Assembly (NCBI GenBank): GCA_963514005.1
Contig: OY740824.1
Span: 5,456,001 to 5,520,000, forward strand
Reading direction: 5' to 3'
DNA length: 64,000 bases
Source: Raja brachyura
Taxonomy: Eukaryota
Shown: one piece after another, positions 12,873 to 24,970 of the stretch
Numbering within the stretch: position 1 is the first letter of the stretch
Layout: each line of letters opens with the position of its first letter
Program-made: the position numbers and the translations under genes
Notes under the pieces: generated by a model
Told to the model about the DNA's origin: nothing
Database searches by the model: none
Seen by the model: the letters and a program-made list of their open reading frames with translations, nothing else

Positions 12873-12972
12873 ATGAAAATTATATTCACCGATTATCCGT
12901 TTTTCCTGCTGCCTCACATAGTCCAGGCAGAAATGATTTATTACCCGATTATAGCAGTGCTTGGAATTCTTG
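12873..12972 (+). CDS. GPR139/GPR142-like GPCR copy A, duplicated coding exon 1b (MKIIFTDYPFFLLPHIVQAEMIYYPIIAVLGIL)
   Basis: Second open copy of exon 1 with an intact GTAAGT donor at 12973, inside a tandem duplication of about 1.08 kb. Confidence 0.75.
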
Positions 12973-13355
12973 GTAAGTAATTGGATCTATGTTTCGAATC
13001 GTCCATGACAGCATTTGTTTCTACTCCATTCTTGGCAGATATATGATGTTTAGATGTCCCTGTCCTGCAATCCAATGAAAGACGACTCCGTGTTTCTGAT
13101 GGGCTGAACTCAATAATACCTCTTTTCGGTCACCTGAAATGTACATTTTTAACCGCAAATGCTGCAGTTGTTTGAAAGGATTTAGTGTATTTCATTAATG
13201 GTCTGTTTGACTTAAAATTCCTGCAGTCAATACAATATTTTGTGTTTACATTATTGTTTCCATTCATCGGCTAGACACTCTTCCTATCCGGTGACACCAG
13301 GTGACGTCTCGTCATTTATAGGTGTAACAATCCGCGCTTCCTCGTCGCCTCTGTG

Positions 13356-14424
13356 TAGGTATGTTACAAAACTTACCTTTAGCTGTTCTGCAGTTCTGCC
13401 GCTGGCCGTGTGCGCGACTTTGGCGCCTTTAAGGGGGGGGGGGGGGGGGGGGGGGAGGGGGGGGAGGGGTTAAAATGCTGGTTTCTCCATGCAATCCGGA
13501 GCTTTCTGTTGTCGGAGTGGGATTTATTTTTGAGATGCGTTCCGACTGCCGGTAAGTCCGTTTTTTTTTTATAAATAGCCCGACTACTTAATCACTGGAG
13601 TAAAATAAAAATTAGCTCCTAATGCCGTGAACGCCGACAACGGGGACCGATTTTACGTAGGGGACAGGTAAGTGACAGCTGTTTATTTTTACATATGAAC
13701 TTGCTTTTTTAGGGGACTCTAATCAATATTTCATGTTGCGAAACGGTGATTTAGCCCCCATATGAACTATCAGATAATTTCCTGCCGATATTGGGTTTAA
13801 ATTCACCGCAACCGCAACGTTCTAATCCATCGCGTTCCAGAAAATCCCACTCGCAAGCTGTTTAAAATGCCCATTGATTTACAGGCATTAAACACTGAAT
13901 TCCTTCAATTTGGCCTATAAAGTAATGACAATTAGATTTAAAAATCATGTTTTATTGTGAGTTATTGTGTGACTGTTAATTGGACACTTAGGCTTTAAAT
14001 TTTTTTCAATTTTTTCCTAAGAAATGGATAGATGTTTAGATCTAGTAATTGAATGTTGTAATTGGCTACAATTGGGTAACTAACTAATTATATGCTTTAA
14101 TTTCAGGTCATCCAAGTAAGATTGTTTCTTATCTTTTCAAGAATACTTCAATCTATAATATCTGAAAATGCCTTTAAGTTCTCTTAATTTTTAAGGAAGT
14201 TATGGGCTTTTGACTGTTCTCGATCACAACTTTTGTGTTAAGGCAATAGAAAAGCAATGGGAAGCAAATTGCTAATTTCCGAGTATGTAAATGGCCCTAA
14301 CTTTTTTTAATACTGAAGATATGAAAGTGAATTAGGTGTCAAATTAAACTTAATTTTATGCTTTATCTGATGGGATACATTGCAGACTTGACTTTTAAAA
14401 TCTCAAAGTTTTGTAACATTGCTA
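13356..14424. mobile_element. Non-autonomous TIR DNA transposon (hAT-like), 7-bp TSD
   Basis: Imperfect TIRs TAGgtATGTTACAAAACTT ... AAGTTTTGTAACATtgCTA; TSD CTCTGTG at 13349-13355 and 14425-14431; empty site near 12266; no transposase ORF. Confidence 0.85.
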
Positions 14425-15288
14425 CTCTGTGCACACATATATCGTGGGCCGTTCGGTTCCAACAAATACGCTCTGGTTTCTGAGCAAACATTACCCCGGT
14501 TACGGTGCCGTTGGCCAGAATGTCTCCACTGCTTTACACCCAGATGAAGGATATTATTCATCAATATTGCAATGCCTGCCATGGGTGGATATCCACTCTC
14601 AGCAGGAACAAACATAGTCTACTCAAGGGGAAGCTCAATGTTTCATTCTCCACGCATTGTTCTGTCCTTGCGCGTGAGAAGCAGTTGCCTTCTGTGGCAT
14701 CTGTGACAGCAGCAACATCGCTGCCGCAGGGACTCCATTGCACCGAGTAAACAGCTGAAGGAAGACCCGTCTCTGCGTGACACAGCTCAGAATCTCAGGT
14801 GCGTGTGTGGCGGTTCCGATATCCTGACAATGTGGCTGCAAGCAGCAATAGGAACAATGAGACATTTATACAATTTATAACTGGGGAGATGTTACCGAGA
14901 GTGACATGACAAAAGCGTTGAATGACTGATGAATTGATAAAGTGAAAATAATTGATTTTATTGATTTACTGCGGGAAGTTTCAGTCAAACAGAAAATAAT
15001 TAAAATAACTGCAATTAACTATATCGACGTAATTCGATGCAAATGACTGCATGTTTTACTGTTCGAAATATACATTTCACGTTAATGAAACGAAGAGTAA
15101 ATGAGTAAAAAACAATGAAAATCACGGCTAAATTTTCAGGAATCCATTATGAGTTATCAGATGGCATTTGATTTCACCATCTGCCACAAGTAAAACGCCG
15201 TGGCGTCTCGCTTCATTTTCAGATCACAGATTTGTAGTCTGACACTGCTTTGTTGATTTGTTGATTTCTGATTGTTCCCGTAACACAG

Positions 15289-16199
15289 CTAATGTGATAT
15301 CCATTGTCATCCTGTCCCGGGGAAAGTGCGGTCTCTCCAAATGTGTATCACGCTATCTTGTGGCCATGGCTGCGGCGGATCTGTTGGTTGCCGTAATTGA
15401 CGTTTTACTTTATCGTATCAATCAGCTATATTTCCCCACAACTTTTCTCTTCATTACTCAAGTCTGCTCCTTCCACCGGGCCCTTAACCACGCAGTCACA
15501 GACATATCCGTGTGGTTAACGCTCTCGTTCACATTTGATCGATATTTGATGATTTGTTGCCACAAGCTGAGATCCAGATTTTGCACTGAGAAAACTGCAG
15601 CCAGGGTTATTGCAACTGTGTGTCCGCTGTTATGCTTTAAAAACATCCCCTGGTACTTTGCATTTGAACCTTCTTTATCAGTACACAACGCAGCATGGGG
15701 CTGTAATGTAAAACAAGAATGCTTCATTGAACCCACATGGATATCATTCAACTGGATCCACAAATGTTTCAGCCCTCTGCTCCCAATGTTCCTGATATCG
15801 CTGCTCAACGCTCTAACAGTCGGTCACATTTTAATGGCCAGTAAAGTCCGCAAGAATCTGAGAGGCAGCAAGAATACTACGAATCAGAATGATGCCGAGC
15901 TAGAAAACAGAAGGAAGTCAATCATCTTGCTCTTTGCAATTTCCGGCAACTTTATTATGCTGTGGATGACGTATTTTATATATTTTCTCTGGACACAGAT
16001 AACAAAGCGGTTTTATTTTACCAGTCTCATTGACCCGTCGCTAATCGCGGACGAAACCAGCTACATGCTCCTGCTGCTGAGTTGCTGTACAAATACGTGT
16101 ATTTACGCGGCAACTCAGTCTAAATTCAGAGGGGAACTGAAGAGCGGGATGAAATATCTGCGGAGAATTATGTCCAAATGTGTTAATGAAGGAATCTAA
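15289..16199 (+). CDS. GPR139/GPR142-like class A orphan GPCR copy A, exon 2 (rest of TM1 to C-terminus; 336 aa when joined to exon 1)
   Basis: Acceptor ...cccgtaacacag|ct; seven-TM pattern with LVAMAAADLL (TM2), TFDRY (DRY motif), P in TM5, FIMLW (TM6) and NTCIY (NPxxY variant); uninterrupted to TAA. Confidence 0.9.
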
Positions 16200-16215
16200 C
16201 GTTGAAAATATAAGA

Positions 16216-16221
16216 AATAAA
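16216..16221 (+). promoter_or_regulatory. Candidate polyadenylation signal of GPCR copy A
   Basis: AATAAA 17 nt after the stop codon, conserved in copy B (45459-45464). Confidence 0.35.
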
Positions 16222-16470
16222 TCACAGCAGCATTGTCTCTCCCGTTTCATTTGGTCTTTCAAGCCAGCACCGCCATTCAATGTAATCATGGCTGATCATC
16301 CCCAATCAATACCTCGTTACTGCCTTCTTCCCATATCCCCTGACTCCGCTAAGAGCCCTATTTTTTAAGGGCCCTATCTAGCTCTCTCTTGAAAGCATCC
16401 AGAGAACCTGCCTCCACCGCCCTCGAAGGCAGAGAATTCCACAGACTCACCACTCTCTGTGAGAAAAAGT

Positions 16471-19400
16471 GATTGATTAAGGTTTATTTAAATAGGGACA
16501 GATACAAAAACATAGATACACTTGAAACAGTCATCTGATGTACGCATCATAGCGTTTTTAGCCAAGCCAATTCCTGTCCCTAGTAGGGCTTTTGGTTAAA
16601 AATGATAATACAGATTAACATTATTAAAAATAGGAAAATGGAAATGGAAATTAGATAAAAAATGGAAAAGAGAAAAAGACATACAGAGAGAGCACAGTGT
16701 AAAAACTAAATATGAGAACACGATTGTTGTTGAATTAACCACAATTTTGTGTTCCTTTTGGATGTGACATATGCAGGGATACATTTCAAGTGGTCTAGCA
16801 GTGAGTGCCATAATTTTGTCCCTTTTCCTGAAAAGGCATTTTGAGCAAAAGATGTTCTGCAGAAGGGGATACTACAATTGCCTTTTGACGCTGCCCGGGT
16901 GGTGGATCTGGTACCACTTTGCAGTCTTGTTATTGTTTTGCACAGCAGCTGGAGAGCAGCGCCATTAAGGCACCTGAAGACCAATTTAACTAAATTTAAA
17001 GAAATTAAGTTGGCAAAACGTAGGATCTTATATTTGCTTAGAATTTGACAGTGATGATACCTTATTCTTTATTTGTCCCGGACTTTCAAGGCTCGGTTAT
17101 AGAGAAAACTCCATGGCCTTAATTGATGACTGGTGAGCCTGGGACCATGTGGTTAAGCCATCAGATATATGTGCGAGAATCATAGAATTCATGAAAAGAA
17201 AAGCACAGTTAAAAGTCAAACAGGTTTTTATATCATAAAACAGCCCAAGTTTGCCTTAATGGTTTTACACATTTTCTTAATATGACTTTTAAAGTTCAAC
17301 TGATTGTCTATAATTATTCCCAGATACTTTACTTCAGGTACTTGTTCAATGAGCTCACCATTGATTTTTATATTGAGGAGGTGTGTTTGGGGTAGTTTTT
17401 TGATGGAGAAGCAGAAATAGTTTGTCTTTTTTAGTGTTTAAAGTTAAACAAGATGAGGGCAGCCAAGATGATATTTTGTCTAAGTTGGCATTCAGTTTCT
17501 CAGCCACAAAAGTACAGGTTTCACCAGATGCATATACAACTGTGTCATCTGCACACACTTGTAGACATATATCTGGGCATACATCAGGCAAATCATTGAT
17601 GTAGAGGCTGAAGAGTATAGGTCCCAAGACAGTGCCCTGAGGGATCCCTGTTTCAATTTTTAGAAAATTGGATCTCACACTATTAATTGTAACACATTGT
17701 TCACGGCCATTTAAGTATGACTCAAACCAGGACAATGACTGTTTTGAAAAATTGAACTTAGTTAGTTTTGAAATTAAGGTGTCATGATTTACTGTATCAA
17801 ACGCCTTTTTTAGATCTAAAAATACTCCACCAACCACATTTCCTTTATCAAGTGAATGTTTGATATTTTCGGTTAAAAAACAAGTGGCAGATTCTGCAGA
17901 ATAGTTGCGTCTGAATCCGAATTGCAGGGGATGCAAATAATGGTTTGTCTCAAGGTGGTGCATCAGTTGTTCTGAGACAATCTTCTCCAGGACTTTAGAG
18001 AAAACGGGAAGAAGACTAATGGGTCTATAGTTAGAGTTAATTTTAGTATCTCCAGACTTAAAGAGTGGTATTACTTGAGCAGTATTCCACCCATCTGGGA
18101 ATTGCCCTGATTTAATGGAGATATTAATAAGATCGGTGAGAGGCTGGATAAGAATGCTACTATATTTCATAAGAAAAGCTGTGTCTAGATTATAAATATC
18201 TTTTGAGTAAGTGGTGTTTAGGTCATGTATAGCTTTTAGGTCAGCTGTCTGACCAACCTCCCTGAGCTGAAATGAGCTATCTTGATCGTCGGGCATGTCT
18301 ATTGCTGTTAGGGCAGTATCATTCCTGCAGGAGAAACCTGAGGCAAAGTTTTTAACAGATTCTATGAAGAAATTATTGAACTCGTTTGATACTTGAGTGC
18401 TATCAGTGATTATGTTTTCTCGAATTTTAAGTTTGTATTGGCTTTGGGTGGCGTTAACCTTTGGATTTAATAGGCTATTTAATTGCTTCCAGATACTTTT
18501 GCCATTTCCTTTTGCCTCTGATAGAGCGTGGGTGTAATAATTTGATTTGGACGTTCTGAGTTGTTTAACCACTTGATTACGCAAGACTTGAAATAGTTTC
18601 AGATCAATGTCACTACGAGTTTTGATAAAAAGTTTTCAGGGCATAGTCCCTCCTTTTCATTAGTTTTCGAATGTCAACTTTCATCCATGGTAGCTGGAAT
18701 TTTCTTTGGGATTTTTTTCGCTTTTTAATAAATTTATCAACAATACATCCAATGGTAGACGTTAGCTGATTACAACAGCCGTTTACTTGGTCAAGTAGTT
18801 GGAGCTCATCCCAGTTAACACCCTTTAATTCGTTCTCAAATTGAGTCATTGTTTTACGAGGGATCTCAAGTTTTTAAAAAAATCTGGTTTTGATTTATAA
18901 ACCTTGTCAGTCGTTTCTTTGTGAGTTTTCTTGCTATCAATGTCAAGTTATGATCAGATAGGCCAGTGACTAGATTATACGTTTTTATGATTCTATCAGG
19001 TTTGTTCGTGAAAATTAAATCTATTAGTGTTTGAGTGTTTCTGGTAATACGTGTGGGGGCTTCGATCTTCTGACTGAAGTTATGTTTCGATGTGAGATCC
19101 TTTAGTTTTTTTCTGCAGTTTTTGTCTAACCAATTTGTATTAAAGTCTCCGAAGACAAGTACCTCACTGTTGTGCTTATAGTTCTTCAACAGCGCATCTA
19201 AGAGTTCGCATAGCGCCGCAGTGCACGCAGAGGGAGGGTTGTGTACCACCACGATGTTAAATTGCATGTTTTGTGACAATGTTAAATTAATACATAGACA
19301 TTCAGTAGATATATCAGCAGTCGGGGAAATTTCATTTGCATTGAGTGAGTCCTTAATGTATATCAACACACCCCCTCCCCTTCCCACAGTTCGGTCCCTA

Positions 19401-20485
19401 CTAAAGCATTTATATCCCTGAACATTGATTATGCTGGCTGCGATTTTATCATGCAGCCACGTTTCACTAATACATAGAAAATCAATATTGGACTCGTACA
19501 ACAATATTCTAATCTCATCACACTTGGGAGCTAGGCTTCGGATGTTTAAATGGCCTCCCAAAATACCTTTAGGTTTTACCGCAGGATCCCAAACCACTTT
19601 GGCATGATTAACAGTTTGAAAGAATAGAGTCTGCCTCTGATTCGTCCGTGCTTGTGTTTGGAGTGTTTTTACTTGAGCGGGGACAGCTGATCCTCGCCAG
19701 CGAACGTTGTCAGCTGAGCGGTCCAAGGCACTGGTTAGGCCTACTTTGTTTCCAATCTCCGTCCCGGCCTCCGTCACCTGCACTTCCAGGGCCTTCTGGT
19801 GGTTTCTCTGCCTCTCCAACCCGAGGGGTCCGACGACCGGCGTTGGCCCCAGCCAGCTCCTGGGCAGCGTCGTACCCGGTCCCGAGGCTTGCAGCTGGGC
19901 AGCGGCGTCGCCGGCGCTCGGTACCAGCCCCGGGTCACTCGGCGAGGCGACCACACCTCCCGAAGCTGCCGCCGGGAGGTGTGAGTGATCACCGAGGCTC
20001 TTGGTGTGGCCGACAAGCAGCTGATGCAGCCGCCGACTTCCCTGGCGCTGTTGGGGGCTGCTGCTGCTGCTGCTCCGGCCGGTCGTGCTCGAAGCCATTG
20101 GCGAGCTCGGCGGGCCGGCGGCCGTCCAGTGAAATGTTTTTGAGGAAGCTGAGGGCGGCCTGTCTCCGCCGGGAGTCGGTGCGCCTCCTGACATGTTGGT
20201 GCTGCTGCTGCTGCTGCTGTTGATGATGATGGTAGCGGTGATGCTCCTTCGTGCAGCCGTGCTTGAGGCTACAGAAGCGAAGCGCACCGCCGGCACACGT
20301 AGCGGCCGCCATTGTTCTCTCATCTTGTTCCATCATCTTGTTCCCTCAAACGCCGCATCATTTCAAATTGTTTTTTCCTTTTCCAGGATCGTGAAGAATC
20401 AGAAATATATCAACATAATAAATCTGTTCACTCATTTTGCTGCTGGCAGAATTTTCTCTATCCGCAGCTTTTAGAGCACATTCAC
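16471..20485 (-). mobile_element. Chimeric retro-insertion: CABLES2 5' UTR/exon 1 fused to an L2/Crack-group LINE ORF2 with 3' tail
   Basis: 4-bp duplication AAGT at 16467-16470 and 20486-20489 versus the empty site in unit B; minus-strand 3' end AATAAAcctt(AATC)2; APE motifs (GGHLNIRSL, ISETWL, VFGDFN, SDH) and RT motifs (NYRPISLL, FLDLKKAFDTV, GIPQGTVLGP, CADD) with several frameshifts. Confidence 0.85.
19806..20485 (-). pseudogene. CABLES2: Retroposed CABLES2 5' UTR + exon 1 fragment (ATG at 20312; one frameshift near 20000)
   Basis: MAAATC...RRRTDSRRRQAALSFLKNISLDGRRP matches the CABLES N-terminal signature (human CABLES2 RRRGDSRRRQAALFFLNNISLDGRPP, from recall); WLGPTPVVGPLGLERQR matches the exon 1 end (PTQVPTGLGLDGQRQR); CpG-rich with a His/Gln tract. 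Confidence 0.8.
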
Positions 20486-23400
20486 AAGTCTTTCCTCGTC
20501 TCCGTCCTAAATGGCTTACCCCTTATTCTTAAACTGTGGCCCCAGGTTCTGGACTCCCCCAACATCGGGAACGTGTTTCCTGCCTCTAGTGTGTCCAAGC
20601 CCTTAACAATCTTATATGTTTCAATGAGATATCCTCTCATCATTCTAAACTCCAGAGTGTACAAACCCATCTGCTCCATTCTCTCAGCATATGACAGTCC
20701 CGCCATCCCGGGGATTAACCTTGTCAACCTACGCTGCACTCCCTCAATAGCAAGAATGTCCTTCCTCAAATTAAGGGACCAAAACTGCACACAATACTCC
20801 AGGGGTGGTCACACTAGGGCTCTGTACAATTGCAGAGGGACCTCTTTGCTCATATATTCGATTCCTCTTGTTATGAAGGCCATTCGCTTTCTACACTGCC
20901 TGCTGTACCTGCATGCTTACTTTCACAGACTGATGTACAAGGACACCCAGATCCCGTTGTACTTGCCCTTTTCCCAATTTGACGCCATTAAGATAGTAAT
21001 CTGATATCCTGTTTTTGCTACCAAAGTCGATAACCTCACATTTATCCGCACTAAACTTCATCTGCCATGCATCTGCCCACTGCCCCAACCTGTCCAAGTC
21101 ACCCTGCATTCTCATAGCATCCTCCTCACAGTTCCCACTGCCACACAGTTCTGTGTCATCTGCAAATTTGCTAATTTTACTTTGAATATATTTGATATAT
21201 TCTCGCGTATATCTGACCTATCTCAGTGCAACATCCAAACGATCCTGAAGACTTCTACATTTTCCGTTAGTGAACAAGTCGGCAGATTTAGACTGGGTTA
21301 GATACTGAGCGAGCTGATGGTCACGTGCTAAATCGTTATCATGCATGCACACAACTTAATTAAAAACCTTGTTTGTCGGGGTTCGTGGTCATAGAACCAT
21401 AGAAACATAGAAAATACGTGCAGGAGGAGGCCATTCGGCCCTTCGATCCAGCACCGCCATTCGTTGTGATCATGGCTGATCGTCCGCTATCAATAACACG
21501 TGCCTGCCTTCTCCCCATATCCCTTCACTCCACTAGCCCCTAGAGCTCTATCCAACTCTCTCTTAAATCCATCCAGTGATTTGGCCTCCACTGCCCTCCG
21601 TGGCAGGGAAGTCCATAAATTCACAACTCTCTGGGTAAAAACGTTTTTTCTCGGCTCAGTCTTAAATGACCTCCCCTTTATTCTAAGACTGTGGCCCCTG
21701 GTTCTGCACTCACCCACCATTGGGAACATGTTTCCTGCATCTAGCTTGTCCAGTCCTTTTATAATTTTATAAGATCCTTTTATAAGTTTCTATAAGATCC
21801 CTCCTCATCCTTCTAAACTCCAGTGAATACAAGCCTAGTCTTTACAATCCTTCCTCATATGACAGTTCCGCCATCCCAGGGATCAATCTCGCGAACATTC
21901 GCTGCACTGCCTCAATCACAAGGATGTCCTTCCTCAAATTAGGAGACCAAAACTGTACACAATACTCCAGATGTGGTCTCATCAGAGCCCTATACAACTG
22001 CAGAAGAACCTCTTTACTCCTGTACAGAAATCCTCTTGTTATGAAGGCCAACATTCCATTAGCTGTCTTCACTGCCTGCTGTTAGATAATAATCTGCCCC
22101 CTTCTTTTAGCCTCCAAAGTGGATAACCTCACATGTATCTATATTGCACTGCATCTGCCACGCATCTACCGACTCATTCAACCTGTCCAGATCCCCCTGC
22201 AATCTCCTAACGTCCTCTTCACAGTTCACACTGCCACCCAGCTTTGTGTCATCCGCAAACTTGCCAGTGTTGCTCCTAATTCCCTCTTCCAAATCATTAA
22301 TATATATGGTAAGCAGTTGCGGCCCCAACACCGAGCCTTGCGACACTCCACTCGCCACTGCCTGTCATTCTGAAAAGGACCCGTTCACTCCTAATCTTTG
22401 CTTCCGGTCTGCAAACCAATTTTCCATCCATGTCAGCACCCTACCCACAATACCATGTGCTCTAATTTTAGTCACCAGTCTCCCGTGCGGGACCTTATCA
22501 AAGGCTTTCTAAAGTCTAGATACAGTGCATCCCCTGGCACCCCTTCATCCATTTTACGTGTCACATCCTCAAAAAATTCCAGAAGATTAGTCAAGCATGA
22601 TTTTCCGCTATCCAAATGGCACATTATTACCTCGTTAATAAATGATTCCATCATCTTTCCCACCACGGAACTCAGGCTAACTGGCCTGTAATTCCCCGTT
22701 TTCTTTCTCGCTCCTTTTTTGAAAAGTGGGATAACATTAGCTATTCTCCAATCGGCAGGAACTGATCCTCAATCAATTGAACATTGGATAATGATCACCA
22801 ATGCGTCCATTATTTCGAGAGCCACCTCCCTGAGGACCCTGGGATGCAGACCATCAGGCCCAGGGGATTTATCATCCTTCAGTCCCATTAGCCTACCCTA
22901 TACTATTTCTCGCCTAATGAAAATGTCTTTCAGTTCTTCTACCCCCTGACATTTTCTGTCCTCCAGTACATCTGGGAGATTGTTTGTGTTCTACTTAGTG
23001 AAGACGGATCAGAAGTACCTATTCAACACTTCTGCCATTTCCTTGTTGCCCACAATTATTTCACCCGTGTCTGCCTTCAAGGGACCCACATTTGACTTTG
23101 CTATTCTTTTTCCCTTACCATATCTAAACAAGCTTTTACTGTGCTTTTTTATATTCCCAGCCAGCTTCCCCTTGTACTCCAAGCGGTTCCTTTACCTCGA
23201 GTTCTCTTATCATATCTGATTCATTGGACAACACTAAATCCAGAATTGCGTTTTCTCTGGTCGGCTCCATTACAAGCTGTTCTAAGTATCCATCTCGGAG
23301 GCATTCTACAAACTCTCTTTCTTGGGGTCCTGAAGCAACCCGATTTTCCCAGTCTACCTACATATTGAAATGCCCCATCACCACAGTGGCATTACCTTTG

Positions 23401-24812
23401 TTACATGCCAGTTTTAGCTCCTGCTGCAACTTACACCTTACATCCGGGCTAATATTTGGGGGTCTGTAAATAACCCCAATTAGTGTCTTCTAGCCTTTAG
23501 AATTCCTCAACTCAATCCACAGTGACTTTACCTCGTTATTCCATACGTCTTCCCTCGCAAGGGACTGAATTCCATCCATCACCAGCAGAGATATCCCTCC
23601 TCACCTGCCTGTCCTTTCTATATGATGTATAACCCTGAATATTAAGTTCCCAGGTCCGAACCTCCCGCAGCCACGCCTCAATAGTCCCCCCAATGTCATA
23701 TCTACCAACCCCTAACTGAGCCTCAAGATCATCTACTTTACTTCTTATACTTCATGTATTCATATACCATACGTTTAATTCCTTATGCATCTCACCTTTC
23801 ACATTGATCCCTATTACACTTGGCCATACTCTCCTATCCTTTTGTGAGCTTCCTTTCCCGTTAATCCTGGGGTCATTGACCATCCCTTTACTCTCTTTCC
23901 CTTTAACTCCACCGTCGACTCTCTCATTTGACACCCCACTCCCCCTATTCAGTTTTAAAACACCCGTGTAGCAGTGGCAAACCTGCCAGCCAGAATGCCG
24001 GTCCCCCCACCTGTTAAGATGCAATCCGTCCCTTTTGTACAGTTCCCCCTTACTCCAAAATAGCTCCCAGGATCTAAGAATCTAAATCCCTGCCCCCTGC
24101 ACCAGTTACTCAGCCACACATTCAGGTCCCGTATCGCCCTTTTCCTGGTCTCGCCAGCACGAGGAACTGGAAGCAAACCGGAGATAACAACCCTGGAGGT
24201 CCTGCTTTTCAGCATTTTTCCGAGCTCTCTAAAGTCACGCTGCAGAATATTCATCCCCTTCTATCGGACATCGTTTGTGCCGACATGCACTGCCACTTCC
24301 GGCTGTTCACCGTTGGAACGAACGGGTCTGGAATGAAGGGGTTAAGAGCTCCTATACCCGATTGGCCAAGCTGCGTCAGGTGACCGGTGACTCATCGGAA
24401 GCTTAAATAGCAGGAGAACCCAGAATTATCTCTCTTCTTTGCCGACCCTGACAAGTGTACAGGCTGCCGGTCTGAGCTGCAGGAGGCCTGGCCGCATGGC
24501 ATAGAACTTTGTGTATTGTTACCTATATTTGTCAATTAATGTTGTATTGGGACGGATAAGGGCTGACCTGTGGGTTTTCGTGTATTTTGTTGCAGGGTTA
24601 TCTCTATTTAGGCAGGCTTAGAGACTCCAGTTCGACGGTCCATTGCGAGGCTGGCTGGAGCACTGTTATATTTATTTGTGAGTCGATTCTTGTCCCTGAC
24701 TGTGTTGTTTAAATCAGGTTCAGGTTTTTGTCTTCTTTTAACAAAATTAAAGACTATTTTCTTAAACTTGAACCTGGTTTTTGGTTATGTTATTCGGCTC
24801 TGAGGTACAAAA

Positions 24813-24825
24813 TGGGGGCTCGTCC
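24813..24825 (+). promoter_or_regulatory. Primer-binding site, tRNA-Pro type
   Basis: TGGGGGCTCGTCC directly after the 5' LTR; complementary to the tRNA-Pro 3' end. Confidence 0.8.
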
Positions 24826-24970
24826 TAAGCTTTGAGGACCTTAAACAGTTTTGGGTTTTGTTTGGTAGGCTTCTGAGGAAGTCTGTGTTGTGAGGGGATT
24901 TTTTTTCTCTTCCGTTTGTGGGAACATTTGTGCGCAGGGTTTGGCTGGAGGTTTGGTCCTGACATTTGAT

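Larger units (their letters stand above)
11603..14835 (+). repeat. Local tandem duplication of about 1.08 kb containing exon 1 (11603-12680 and 12681-14835, the second copy carrying the DNA transposon)
   Basis: gtggtgaaatcataactgtg occurs at 11603 and 12681; junction cactgtggt-cactgtggt. Confidence 0.9.
16250..21180 (-). mobile_element. Older CR1 3' fragment (about 16250-16470 and 20486-21180) split by the CABLES2-LINE insertion
   Basis: QGDLDRLGQWADAWQM and QFWSLNLRKDILAIEGVQRR remnants; contiguous across this site in unit B (near 45710). Confidence 0.8.
1..21478 (+). repeat. Tandem segmental duplication, unit A (one GPCR gene plus flanking TE mosaic)
   Basis: Position 1 (atcgtccgccatcaa) recurs at 21479 and 50218; the CR1, unique spacer blocks, exon 1 and intron recur in the same order and orientation in all three units. 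Confidence 0.9.

Noticed and set aside
13433-13468. Poly-G tract as a functional G-quadruplex
   Set aside because: Lies inside a non-autonomous transposon, is absent from the sister copy, and homopolymer length is error-prone
15258-15288. ORF-track N-terminus MLISDCSRNT (and MFISDCSRNT at 44501) as the GPCR start
   Set aside because: TTG-initiated intronic sequence; the real start is in the upstream 100-nt exon joined at cag|ct
19738-19805. NHQKALEVQVTEAGTEIGNKVG as a second captured CABLES2 exon (resembles STELGSDVG)
   Set aside because: Similarity is too short to support; it may be LINE or intronic sequence, and needs alignment to the parent locus
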